From NCBI GenBank assembly GCA_934155005.1, contig CAKPGR010000003.1:13011-77010 (forward strand): a DNA stretch of 64,000 nucleotides. The letters run 5' to 3'. The notes beneath the pieces were generated by a model. It had not been told where the DNA came from, ran no database searches, and saw only the letters and a program-made list of their open reading frames with translations. Position numbers and translations under genes: made by a program. Positions 1 to 9,700 of this stretch are shown piece after piece. The first letter of the stretch is position 1. Each line of letters starts with the position of its first letter. The DNA is from an uncultured Bacilli bacterium. GTDB lineage: Bacteria > Bacillota_I > Bacilli_A > RF39 > UBA660.

Positions 1-516
1 TATCTTGAAAATGATTATTACGGAGCTGTTGCTTCATGTATTAGTATTGAAAAATACATTTTAAATTATGCTTATGTTTGTGATTGTGGAATAACTATAT
101 ATGATAAATTAGGAAATATTAAATTCCAAACGAAAGATGATAAAGAATTATATAGTGATCCATATATTAATAAAATTGGTATTTCTTGGAATTTACCAGA
201 ATCACGAGTAATAGTTAGAAGAGATTATAGAAATAATCCAAATAATATCCAAGATAATAAATGTGTATCTTATGGAGCTATTACGGGTGAAAAATCGGCT
301 ATAGAATTTATAAAAACTGGACAATTTGAAATATCAGATGGTGATATAATAGCAGTATATAGTGATGGTTTTAAAAATTTTTTGCATGATGAGTATTTTA
401 TATTGCAAATACTTCATTTTGAAAAAGATGAATTTGAAAGATATATTGAAACTAAATCTAAACTTGATTATGAAAAATATGGTAAAGAAAAAACTTTAAT
501 ATTATTTAGAAATTAA
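1..516 (+). CDS. 3' portion of a CDS entering from the left window edge; C-terminal part resembles a PP2C/SpoIIE-type phosphatase domain
   Basis: Frame-1 open from nt 1 to TAA 514-516; motif ISDGDIIAVYSDGFKNFL resembles the terminal TDG-type block of PP2C-family phosphatases; followed by a hairpin terminator. Confidence 0.3.
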   Translation, partial: YLENDYYGAVASCISIEKYILNYAYVCDCGITIYDKLGNIKFQTKDDKELYSDPYINKIGISWNLPESRVIVRRDYRNNPNNIQDNKCVSYGAITGEKSAIEFIKTGQFEISDGDIIAVYSDGFKNFLHDEYFILQILHFEKDEFERYIETKSKLDYEKYGKEKTLILFRN

Positions 517-584
517 AGGTTGTTCTACTTCTTCCCTTAAGGCACCATTGAAAAATTAGTCGAACTAATCGACTTCTATATATA

Positions 585-611
585 AGTCAATCAGAAATGA
601 TTGACTTTTTA
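585..611 (+). terminator. Rho-independent terminator (9-bp stem agtcaatca/tgattgact, loop gaaa, T-run)
   Basis: Perfect inverted repeat followed by TTTTT directly downstream of the partial CDS. Confidence 0.6.
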
Positions 612-802
612 GTGCTAAAAAATCATATAAAGGAATTTTTAAAGAAGAAATTGAAATTGAAGAATCTCTAGAATCGAGGTTAAGAGTAATATGTGATTTT
701 TTAATACTACTCCAACAATAATAAATGGAAGCTTTGGATGAATTGATGAAACATTATATTTAAAAAGAAGATTTATGTCAATTATAGATTGGTGTCAATT
801 TT

Positions 803-831
803 TTGACAATTTAAATAATTTATGCTATTAT
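803..831 (+). promoter_or_regulatory. Candidate sigma-A promoter (TTGACA - 17 nt - TATTAT)
   Basis: Consensus -35 at 803-808 and near-consensus -10 at 826-831 with 17-nt spacer; lies in a 900-bp non-coding gap. Confidence 0.4.
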
Positions 832-988
832 CAGTATGTAAGCAAGAGAACTTGCATAAAATAAAAAAGAGGAACATTCGATTCTACAAGTGAATGTCGC
901 CTCTAAAAAACTTAGTATTGACACTCAATCAAAGATGAAAGAGTGTCATATTTTTATTGCTATTACCAATAAGGTAAGGAGTAATAAA

Positions 989-1099
989 ATGATAGCAATA
1001 AGACGAAGGACTTTTATTATAAAAGTTCTTTTCTTCATTGTATCCCTCCTTTCTTTCTCAAGATTGGAGGACGACACTCACATCAAATGTTCCTGTTAA
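989..1099 (+). CDS. Small hydrophobic peptide (36 aa, MIAIRRRTFIIKVLFFIVSLLSFSRLEDDTHIKCSC) with strong RBS; function unknown
   Basis: ATG at 989 preceded by AAGGAGT with 7-nt spacing; same frame as the 890..1099 track ORF, but only this ATG has a ribosome-binding site; upstream hairpin tgacactc/gagtgtca (919-948) plus T-run. Confidence 0.25.
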   Translation: MIAIRRRTFIIKVLFFIVSLLSFSRLEDDTHIKCSC

Positions 1100-1345
1100 A
1101 ATTATATAATAAGTAAATTCATAAAACAAGCGAACAGATGAAAGTTTAATAACATACTTGAAAATTAAAATTAGAAATTCAATTTTAATAAGTAATAATA
1201 TAATGTATATATGTTAAACTTAGAAATAAAAAACTAAAAATCTTTTTAAATTCATGATAGCATTATTAAAAATACTAATGACGATATTTATAAATTAAAA
1301 GACTTTTAATTTATATGAATTTATATTCTATATATTTGGTATTAA

Positions 1346-1374
1346 TTGACATGAAAATTAAATTGTTTTATAAT
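1346..1374 (+). promoter_or_regulatory. Candidate sigma-A promoter for gatCAB (TTGACA - 17 nt - TATAAT)
   Basis: Perfect -35 and -10 hexamers with 17-nt spacer, 75 nt upstream of gatC. Confidence 0.5.
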
Positions 1375-1397
1375 TAATTAGTAATGAAAAGTCAACG

Positions 1398-1436
1398 AAT
1401 CAGTAATTTTAGACTTCTATTACTGATTTTTTTTAT
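1398..1436 (+). promoter_or_regulatory. Leader hairpin plus U-run (terminator/attenuator-like) between the gatC promoter and its RBS
   Basis: 10-bp inverted repeat aatcagtaat/attactgatt with 11-nt loop followed by T8, immediately before AGGAGG of gatC. Confidence 0.4.
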
Positions 1437-1447
1437 AGGAGGCATTT

Positions 1448-1744
1448 ATGAACAAATTTACAAAAGAAATGGTAGTAGATTATGCTGATAAATTATTAAT
1501 CGGATTAACAGAAGAAGAGATAAATATGGTTTTGGATGAATTTGATATTATAGATCAAAATATAGATTTAATTAATGATATTGAAAATATTAATACAGTA
1601 GAACCAATGACACATTGCCTAGATAATTTTGAGTGCGTGATGGGTGAAGATATAGTAGAAGAATCTGTTGATATAGATGATTTACTTTCAAACTGTGATG
1701 ACTATATAAGCGATGAAATAAAAGTTCCAAAGGTGGTTGATTAA
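1448..1744 (+). CDS. gatC: Asp-tRNA(Asn)/Glu-tRNA(Gln) amidotransferase subunit C
   Basis: 98-aa acidic protein immediately upstream of and overlapping gatA; typical GatC size and composition; operon context gatC-gatA-gatB. Confidence 0.85.
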   Translation: MNKFTKEMVVDYADKLLIGLTEEEINMVLDEFDIIDQNIDLINDIENINTVEPMTHCLDNFECVMGEDIVEESVDIDDLLSNCDDYISDEIKVPKVVD

Positions 1745-3191
1745 TATGTATATGAATAAGAGTATTTCCGAAATACACGATGACTTAATTAATAAAAAAG
1801 TTAGCGTTGAAGAATTAATAAATGAGTCATTAGAAAAATCAAAAGAAGTAGAAGAAAAATATAATGCATTCGTTACAATTTTAGATAATGTAGAAGATGT
1901 AGAAATTACAAATGAACTTTTATCAGGAATACCTTATGGGGTAAAAGATAATTATTCGACAAAAGGCATTTTATCAACAGGATCTTCAAATACTTTAAAA
2001 GATTATATACCATTCTTTACAGCAACAGCTATAGAAAATATTAATAAAAAAGGCGCTGTTATGGTTAATAAAACAGCTATGGATGAATTTGGAATGGGTG
2101 GTACAGGTACAACATGTCATACAGGTGTAGTTTTAAATCCTTGGGATAAAACACGTATGTGTGCTGGATCAAGTGCTGGATCTGCTTGTGCTGTTGCGGC
2201 AGGAGTTTATCCATTCGCAACAGGATCTGATACAGGGGATTCTATAAGAAAGCCAGCAGCTTACTGTGGTATTGTAGGGTATAAACCAACTTACGGAATG
2301 ATTTCAAGATATGGACTTTTCCCATTCGCATCAAGTCTAGACCACTGTGGAGTATTAACTCGTTCAGTTAAAGATGCTGCTATTGTCGTAGATGCTATGA
2401 AAGGAAAAGATAAAAACGATATGACTTCTTGGGATTCAAGTAATATTAATTTAACTAACTCTTTAACTGAAAGTATTGAAGGTAAAAAATTATGTTATAT
2501 AAAAGAAATTTGTAATTTAGATAATTATCCAAATGCAAGCCAAGAATTAAAAGAACATTTAATCAACTTTCAAAATAAGATAGAAGAATTTAAAAAACTT
2601 GGAATTCAAATAGATGAAGTCAGCGTTGATAAAAAATTATTAAATGCTATTTCATCAAGTTATGTTGTAATTTCTTGTGCTGAAGCAACATCAAATATGT
2701 CTAATTTAACAGGAATTATTTTTGGACCAAGAGAAAATAAAAATAACTATATTGATATGATGAAGGAATATAGAACTAAAAACTTTTCGCCACTTATAAA
2801 AAGAAGATTTATAATAGGGTCATATGTTTTACAAGCTGAAAATAAAGATAGATACTTCCATAATGCTCAAAGAGTTAGAAGAATGCTAGTTGATGAATGG
2901 AATAAATTATTTGAAAAATATGACGCTGTTATATTACCAGTTGGAAGTGGCCCTGCAAAAAAACTAGATGAAGCAAATGAAATTTTAGAAGAATCAGCTT
3001 TAGAAGAACATTTACAAGTTGGCAATTTTGGTGGCTTTCCATCAATTACAATTCCAGATGGATTTGTAAATAAAATGCCAGTTGCTTTAAATATAACAGG
3101 TAAATGTTATGATGATGCTAATGTTTTAAATATAGCTTATAGTTTAGAAAAACAAATGGATTATAAAAATCAAATAGCAAAGGAGAATTAA
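1737..3191 (+). CDS. gatA: Glutamyl-tRNA(Gln) amidotransferase subunit A (amidase signature enzyme)
   Basis: 484 aa; amidase signature GAGSSAGSACAVAAG and Ser-cisSer-Lys context; overlaps gatC by 8 nt. Confidence 0.95.
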   Translation: MINMYMNKSISEIHDDLINKKVSVEELINESLEKSKEVEEKYNAFVTILDNVEDVEITNELLSGIPYGVKDNYSTKGILSTGSSNTLKDYIPFFTATAIENINKKGAVMVNKTAMDEFGMGGTGTTCHTGVVLNPWDKTRMCAGSSAGSACAVAAGVYPFATGSDTGDSIRKPAAYCGIVGYKPTYGMISRYGLFPFASSLDHCGVLTRSVKDAAIVVDAMKGKDKNDMTSWDSSNINLTNSLTESIEGKKLCYIKEICNLDNYPNASQELKEHLINFQNKIEEFKKLGIQIDEVSVDKKLLNAISSSYVVISCAEATSNMSNLTGIIFGPRENKNNYIDMMKEYRTKNFSPLIKRRFIIGSYVLQAENKDRYFHNAQRVRRMLVDEWNKLFEKYDAVILPVGSGPAKKLDEANEILEESALEEHLQVGNFGGFPSITIPDGFVNKMPVALNITGKCYDDANVLNIAYSLEKQMDYKNQIAKEN

Positions 3192-3192
3192 A

Positions 3193-4653
3193 ATGGAAAA
3201 ATATAAAGTATTAATCGGCCTTGAAATGCACTGTGAAATAAGTAATACAAATACAAAAGTTTTTTCAAGAGCTAGAAATAGTTATAGTACATTACCTAAC
3301 GGAAATATTAATCCTTTGGATATGGGATTTCCTGGAACACTTCCAGTTGTTAATAAAGAAGCTGTAAAAAAATCTCTTATGATGAGTCTAATTTTAAATT
3401 GTAAGCAACCAGAATATTTATATTTTGAAAGAAAAAATTATTATTATCCTGATTTACCAAAAGGATATCAAATTACTCAAGAAACAAAACCAGCGCCAAT
3501 TGGTATATATGGATATTTAAATTATGAATGTAATGGTGAAAATAAATTGGCTAGAATTAATAATCTTCACTTAGAAGAAGATTCAGCAAGTACAGATCAT
3601 TATGATGATTTTTCTTTAATTGACTATAACAGATCAGGAGTACCACTTTTAGAACTTGTAACAGAACCAGATTTTAGAAGCGCTGATGAAGCAGTTGCTT
3701 TTTTAGAAACGATGCGTTCTATTTATCAATATACTAATATAAGTGAAGCAGATAGTAAAAAAGGACAAATTAGATGTGATGTTAATGTTTCTATAATGGA
3801 TAGTGCTTTAGATGAAAAAGATCCTAATAATTGGGGAACTAAAGTTGAAATAAAAAATGTCAATTCATTTGGAGGCGTTAGAGAAGCTATTAATTCTGAG
3901 ATAAAAAGACAAATTGAATTAAAAGAAAATGGTACTTATGATGCTATGGAACAACAAACTAGAAGATATGATGAAGAAACAAATAGTACAATTTATATGA
4001 GAGGAAAAGTTGATGCCATAGACTATAAGTATTTTGTAGAACCAAACATTCCTAAAATAAAAATTGATCCAAATTGGGTTCAAAGTATAAAAAAAGAAAT
4101 TCCAGAACTTGCATATGATAGAAAGAAAAAATATATGAATGAATATAATTTGTCAAATTATGATGCAACAATATTAGTTAAAGATAAAAGTATTTCTGAT
4201 TATTTTGAAGAATGTATAAAATTTGGTTCAACACCAAAGGTGGCTTCGAATTGGATAACAAGTGTTATTTTAGGATTTATAAATAAATATGAAATTAAGA
4301 TTGATAAAATATTTACAACACCAAAAATGCTGACAGAATTAATCCTTTTAGTAGAAAATGGTACAATTTCTTCTAAACAAGCTAAATTAGTTTTAGATAA
4401 ATCATTGACAGAAAATAAAACTCCTACTGACATAGTCGATGAAGAAGGATTAAAACAAATAGAATCCGTTGATGAAATATTAAACGTAATAGTAGAAGTA
4501 TTAGATGAAAATGAAGATGCTATAAAAACATATAAAAATGGACGTACTAATATAGTTGATTATTTAGTTGGACAGGTTATGAAAAAAACAAAAGGAAAAG
4601 CTAATCCTTCGATAACAAGAAGTAAAATGATTGAAGAAATTGAAAAAAGATAG
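3193..4653 (+). CDS. gatB: Aspartyl/glutamyl-tRNA amidotransferase subunit B
   Basis: 486 aa; N-terminal GatB/GatE catalytic core motifs (VLIGLEMHCEI, YDPNGSQ-like) and C-terminal YqeY-like tail; 2 nt after the gatA stop. Confidence 0.95.
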   Translation: MEKYKVLIGLEMHCEISNTNTKVFSRARNSYSTLPNGNINPLDMGFPGTLPVVNKEAVKKSLMMSLILNCKQPEYLYFERKNYYYPDLPKGYQITQETKPAPIGIYGYLNYECNGENKLARINNLHLEEDSASTDHYDDFSLIDYNRSGVPLLELVTEPDFRSADEAVAFLETMRSIYQYTNISEADSKKGQIRCDVNVSIMDSALDEKDPNNWGTKVEIKNVNSFGGVREAINSEIKRQIELKENGTYDAMEQQTRRYDEETNSTIYMRGKVDAIDYKYFVEPNIPKIKIDPNWVQSIKKEIPELAYDRKKKYMNEYNLSNYDATILVKDKSISDYFEECIKFGSTPKVASNWITSVILGFINKYEIKIDKIFTTPKMLTELILLVENGTISSKQAKLVLDKSLTENKTPTDIVDEEGLKQIESVDEILNVIVEVLDENEDAIKTYKNGRTNIVDYLVGQVMKKTKGKANPSITRSKMIEEIEKR

Positions 4654-4670
4654 AACATTCTATCTTTTTT
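4648..4670 (+). terminator. Rho-independent terminator after gatB
   Basis: Stem agataga/tctatct overlapping the gatB stop codon, followed by TTTTT. Confidence 0.7.
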
Positions 4671-4760
4671 AGTTGTAAATAAATTACTTGATTTACGATG
4701 TAAAAGTATTACGCGTAATTTACGAAATGTAAAGGTATTGGCTAATTAGGCACTTTTGTC

Positions 4761-4790
4761 TTGACAATGAAACCGGGGGGGGGTTATAAT
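4761..4790 (+). promoter_or_regulatory. Sigma-A promoter of the T7SS-like locus with a G9 homopolymer in the spacer
   Basis: TTGACA 4761-4766, TATAAT 4785-4790, 18-nt spacer containing GGGGGGGGG (4775-4783); downstream AGGGAGG RBS and ATG 4838. Confidence 0.6.
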
Positions 4791-4837
4791 TTGAATATAG
4801 TAGGAGAACTACTTACTTATTAAAGGGAGGTAAAAAA

Positions 4838-5479
4838 ATGGCAATGACAGGATTTGATCCAAGTGTTGTTGGAACATCAATTAAAGCAGTAGATAATGCA
4901 TATAAAGAATTAGTTAACCAATTAGGTAATGAAATGCAAACAAAATTTGTAAATGGGATGGCTGATAAGTGGGCATGTGTTAATGCACAAACATTTTTTA
5001 GAGATGCTTTCAAACCATCTGTTGATGAATTAATTAATAATTCAAATAGAGTATTTGAAAGTGTTATTCAAGCTATGAATAGTGCTGGAAGAGCTTGGGC
5101 TAGTAGTACTGGTTCTTCATATTCTCAAGTTTCATTTTCAGTAATTGATAAAAAAATGGATATTGGAAATATTAGGGAAAATATTGGTGGAGTTAGAGGT
5201 ATTGATTTACAATCAACAAATTCAGTAATTAATCAATTACCTGTAATAGCTACATCTGCTGGACAAGCTTTAACTAGTGCTCAACAAGCAGTTCAAAATT
5301 GTGGTTTTATTGGTGGAAATCAAGCAAGTAATTTAATTTCATCACTTGGAACTATAAAATCAAGAATTAATTCGGCTGTAACAGATTTAACTAATGAAGC
5401 TAAAAGTGCTATGGAACAAACCGTTTCTACTTATACAGATACTGAAGGTCAAGTTTCAAAAGCTTTTCAAGCTGAATAA
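4838..5479 (+). CDS. 213-aa helical protein, first gene of the T7SS-like locus; candidate secreted substrate (divergent WXG100-superfamily-like, W-x-G degenerate to W-A-C)
   Basis: Position as first gene behind the locus promoter with very strong RBS. MAM... N-terminus and a KWACVNAQTFFRDAF block align loosely to the NWEGQAFSRFEEQF region of EsxA-type proteins. No TM segments. Confidence 0.35.
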   Translation: MAMTGFDPSVVGTSIKAVDNAYKELVNQLGNEMQTKFVNGMADKWACVNAQTFFRDAFKPSVDELINNSNRVFESVIQAMNSAGRAWASSTGSSYSQVSFSVIDKKMDIGNIRENIGGVRGIDLQSTNSVINQLPVIATSAGQALTSAQQAVQNCGFIGGNQASNLISSLGTIKSRINSAVTDLTNEAKSAMEQTVSTYTDTEGQVSKAFQAE

Positions 5480-5481
5480 TC

Positions 5482-5505
5482 TAAGAACTACCTTGGTAGT
5501 TCTTA
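5482..5505 (+). promoter_or_regulatory. Perfect 11-bp stem hairpin directly after the first T7SS gene (transcript stabiliser or partial terminator)
   Basis: taagaactacc/ggtagttctta inverted repeat; weak U-tract, so probably leaky. Confidence 0.5.
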
Positions 5506-5526
5506 AATTATATAAAGGGTGATTTT

Positions 5527-6087
5527 ATGAATATAAAAGTTAGTATATTAAAGACTGAATATGAAAAATTAAATAGATTAATAGAAGACTATAATTTTTC
5601 AATTCTAAATTTATATAATGAATTGTCTTTTTCAGAAAATTATTGGTATGATAAACACTCTTTAACTTTTTTTGACAATGTAAAAGTGGAAAAAAGAAAA
5701 AATTTAAATATGATTTCAGAATTAAATAATATAAAGGATATTTTTGGGTTACTTTTAAACGAATATAGTCAAATTGGTAATAATATTAGTTGCGTTATAG
5801 AAAATAAAAATATGGTTTTAAATCATATTGATGACTATATCAATAGAATTAGAGAAATTATTAACTTATATAATAGATTAAATTTATCTTTTAATCCTAA
5901 GGAAGCTAGTTATTTATATAATCATAAAAATATATTAGAAAATAATTATAGTAATATGCAAAGCATAAGAAACAATGTTAAATATTATTTTGAAAGAATA
6001 GAGAATATTGAACGAGAAGTAAATTTACAATTATCTAGAATTAATATTGAATATTTAAAAGAAACTAATTATAGCGGGGTATTATAA
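5527..6087 (+). CDS. Hypothetical 186-aa soluble helical protein (T7SS locus)
   Basis: Good RBS (AAAGGGTGA); no TM segments; Asn/Ile-rich helical pattern; translationally coupled to the next gene (ATAATG overlap). Confidence 0.5.
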   Translation: MNIKVSILKTEYEKLNRLIEDYNFSILNLYNELSFSENYWYDKHSLTFFDNVKVEKRKNLNMISELNNIKDIFGLLLNEYSQIGNNISCVIENKNMVLNHIDDYINRIREIINLYNRLNLSFNPKEASYLYNHKNILENNYSNMQSIRNNVKYYFERIENIEREVNLQLSRINIEYLKETNYSGVL

Positions 6088-6383
6088 TGAAAAGTATTTT
6101 AAATGAAGAAAATTTAAGACAAAGTATTGAAAAAATTCATATATATCAAAATGATGAAAATAATCAACTATCGAATATTAAAAATATTATGGATGGTATT
6201 GGATATTTTTATTTGTCACAAAATACAAGAAAAATAGATGAAATTAATTTAAATATGAGTAAAAAAATTACAACTATCAAAAATATACATTATAACAATA
6301 TTTATGTTTTAAAGCATAATATATTTAAATATCAAAATATTAAAATACAAGTTGAAAGTAAATTTAACAATATAGTGGGGTAG
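6087..6383 (+). CDS. Hypothetical 98-aa helical protein, WXG100-sized (T7SS locus)
   Basis: Start overlaps the previous stop; RBS AGCGGGGTA; about 100 aa helical, no W-x-G. Confidence 0.45.
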   Translation: MKSILNEENLRQSIEKIHIYQNDENNQLSNIKNIMDGIGYFYLSQNTRKIDEINLNMSKKITTIKNIHYNNIYVLKHNIFKYQNIKIQVESKFNNIVG

Positions 6384-6386
6384 CAT

Positions 6387-6701
6387 ATGAAAAAAGTAAA
6401 AAAGAAAAAGTATATTTCAAAAACTGTGTCTAAAACAAAATATAATATATCAACACCTACAAAAAGCATTAATTATGACAACTATAACAAATTAGCTGTT
6501 GATTTAAACTATATAAGAGTTAAATTTAATGAATTGAATAATAAATATCCAGAAGTTATAAATAATTTAAAGGCTTCAATTTTTATTGATAATCATACAA
6601 TAAATGAAGATAATTTAAATTATATAAATAATGACAATATAAAGATAACTAATGAATTAACAAATATAGTTATTCCATCTATTAAAAATAAAATATATTA
6701 A
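6387..6701 (+). CDS. Hypothetical 104-aa Lys/Asn-rich protein (T7SS locus)
   Basis: RBS AGTGGGGTA similar to that of the preceding gene; no TM. Confidence 0.45.
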   Translation: MKKVKKKKYISKTVSKTKYNISTPTKSINYDNYNKLAVDLNYIRVKFNELNNKYPEVINNLKASIFIDNHTINEDNLNYINNDNIKITNELTNIVIPSIKNKIY

Positions 6702-6759
6702 AAAATTTTAAATTTATTATAAATATTGTTTTTAATTGGAAATAGAAAGGGTGGTAATT

Positions 6760-9700
6760 GTGATAATTTATTTATATTTAGAAGATAAACTATTAACTTT
6801 TAGATTACCTAATCAAATATTAGGAAGTTATTCTTTTGATGAATATGATGAAGAAGAAGATAAACTAATCAATATAGATGCTAAAGATAATAATTGGATT
6901 TTATATTCAACTAAAAATTCACAAATTTTAAATGGAAATAATATTATTCAAAATATTGTTTTAAAGCCTGATAATTTTTATGTTCTAAAAAGAAATAATA
7001 AAAACTATTTGATTTATACAACAAGTAGTTTTAATAATAACAATACACTTTATAAATTTGATGAAAAATTGAATTTGATTGTAGGGAATAGTAATGAATG
7101 TAACATAAATTATCAAATAGGTTTATTAAACGACTGTTTAATAAAAATACACTATGTGAATAATGTTTTAGTCCTAGAAAAAACAGGAAATAGATTAATT
7201 TATATCAATAAAAATGCCTTTAATTTAGCTTCTGTGAGACTTAATTGCGGTACAGAAATTGATATTTATGGTCTTAGAATATATATATTTAATAATATGG
7301 TTTTAATAAACAATCCGGCAAATAGAGTAAAAATAAATGTTCAAGCTTGTTTCTTAACTAATTATTTTATGCCAGAGTTTCAAGAACCTAAAAATATAGA
7401 AATAAAAGATATTGATTTATATAATAAAGATGATTATTTTTTAAAGTCTCCTAGAATTAGAAGATTGATAGAAACAAAAAATATAAAATTAACGTCACCT
7501 CCAAAGACAGAAGAAGAAAAAGATATGCCTTTAATTTTAACCTTAGGACCAATGTTTACTATGGGTATTATCTCCGTTGTTACACTAATAAGTAGTATAT
7601 CAAAAATAATTTCAAAAGAAGCTACTATCGCGGAGTCAATTACATCATTAATTACAGCAGGTGCTATGTTATTATCTATGTTACTTTGGCCCCTGTTAAC
7701 AAATTTTTATAATAAAAAAATTAAATCTAAAAAGTTAAAAGAATCAGTAGATAAATATGAAACATACTTAGAAGAAAAAAGAAAAAGTTTTGAAAAAGAA
7801 GAAAAAATTCAAAGAGATATTTTAAATGAAAATTTACTTTCAACAGAGGAATGTTTCAATATTATAAAAAATAAAAATATTAATTTTTGGAATAAAAGAA
7901 TTGATCAAAATGATTTTTTGAATGTTAGAATTGGTAAAGGTAATCAACTTTTAGATATTAAACTTGATTATCAAGAAGATGATTTTATTTTAGAAAATAA
8001 CACGCTTAGAGAAAAAATAGATAAAATGATTGAAGAATTTAAATATATTGAAAATGTTCCAATAGGTTATTCATTTTACGATAATCCTATAACAGCTATT
8101 ATGGGAAATAGAAATAAATGTATGTCTTTTGTGGATAATTTATTATTACAACTATTATCTTTTTACACATATGAAGACTTAAAAATTGTTTTGTTTACAG
8201 ATTCATTTAAAAAAGATAGATGGGAATATATAAAATATTTAAATCACAATTTTGATAATGAAAGAGATTTTAGATTCTTTTCATCAGACTATGAATCGGC
8301 AAAAACAATAATGGAATATTTAACTTTTGAACTAAATAATAGACTTAGTGTTGAAGGCGCTACATTATATAAGCCACATTATTTCATAGTTGTTGATGGT
8401 TATGATCGTGTAAAACAATTTGATTTTATAAAACAATTAACAGAAACAGATAAAAATCTAGGATTTACTTTGGTAATTATTGAACAAAAAATAGGTAATT
8501 TACCAAGTAAATGTAGTAACTTTATAACTATTGGTCAAAAAACATCAGGACTACTTAAAAACTCATACGAAAAACAAGAAAAAATAGATTTCATAGATGA
8601 AGTAAATAACACCTTTAATATGTTAGATATATCAAAATATTTAGCTAATATTCCAATTGAATTTGAAGAAGGAATTAAACAGTTACCAAATGCTATATCA
8701 TTTTTAGAAATGGAGAAAGTTGGTAAAGTTGAACAATTGAATATACTAAACCGTTGGAATACCAATGACGCTACATCATCACTAAAGGCAGAAGTAGGTG
8801 TGGATGAAAATAATGAATTGATATATCTTGACTTGCATGAAAAATTTCATGGCCCACATGGTTTGATAGCAGGTATGACAGGATCAGGTAAATCAGAATT
8901 TATTATTACTTATATTTTATCTTTAGCTATAAATTATAGTCCTGATGATGTTGAATTTATATTGATAGATTATAAAGGTGGTGGTTTAGCTTTTGCATTT
9001 GAAAATAAAACTACTGGTATGTGTTTACCACATTTAGCTGGGACTATTACAAACTTAGATAAAGCTGAAATGGATAGAACATTAGTAAGTATTGATAGTG
9101 AAATAAAAAGAAGACAAAAAGTATTTAATGATGCTAGAGATAAATTAGGTGAAAGTACAATTGATATATATAAATATCAAAGATTTTATAAAGAAGGTAA
9201 ATTGGATTTACCAGTGCCACATTTATTTATTATTTGTGATGAATTTGCCGAACTAAAAACACAACAACCTGATTTTATGGATAATTTAATTAGTGTAGCT
9301 CGTATTGGTAGATCACTTGGAGTGCATTTGATTTTAGCCACTCAAAAACCAAGTGGTGTTGTTAATGATCAAATTTGGTCAAATACTAAATTTAGAGTTT
9401 GTCTAAAAGTTCAAGATGAATCAGATAGTAAAGAAATGTTAAAAAGACCAGAAGCTGCTAGTTTAAAACAAACAGGTAGATTTTATTTACAAGTTGGATA
9501 TGATGAATTATTCTTATTAGGACAATCAGGGTGGTGTGGCGCTAAATATTACCCATCCGATAAAATAGTAAAGCAAGTTGATAAAAGTATTAATTTTATT
9601 AATGATTGTGGTAATATTATCAGAAGTGCTGAGGCTGGTAGTAATCAAGTTGTTCAAAGTAATGGTGAACAATTATCAGCTATTGTTAATAATATAATTG

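Noticed and set aside
890-1099. 69-aa ORF from the track (alt-start)
   Set aside because: No RBS at the predicted start and low-complexity translation; only the last 36 codons, from ATG 989 with a strong RBS, look plausible, and even that is low confidence.
803-1440. T-box riboswitch upstream of gatCAB
   Set aside because: No T-box consensus (GGGTGGnACCGCG) is present in this leader, unlike the one at 18364-18387; the hairpins are retained only as generic attenuator candidates.
1590-1778. Short antisense ORFs inside confidently assigned genes (also 4200..4433, 4813..5013, 8535..8765, 24467..24938, 25661..25936, 29146..29379, 29767..30114, 38096..38326, 39126..39344, 39946..40221, 41051..41441, 43514..43711, 44363..44554, 46283..46534, 47668..47904, 52837..53028, 54264..54497, 58932..59216)
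   Set aside because: Each lies antisense within a long ORF that has recognisable family motifs; no RBS; composition typical of shadow ORFs in AT-rich sequence.
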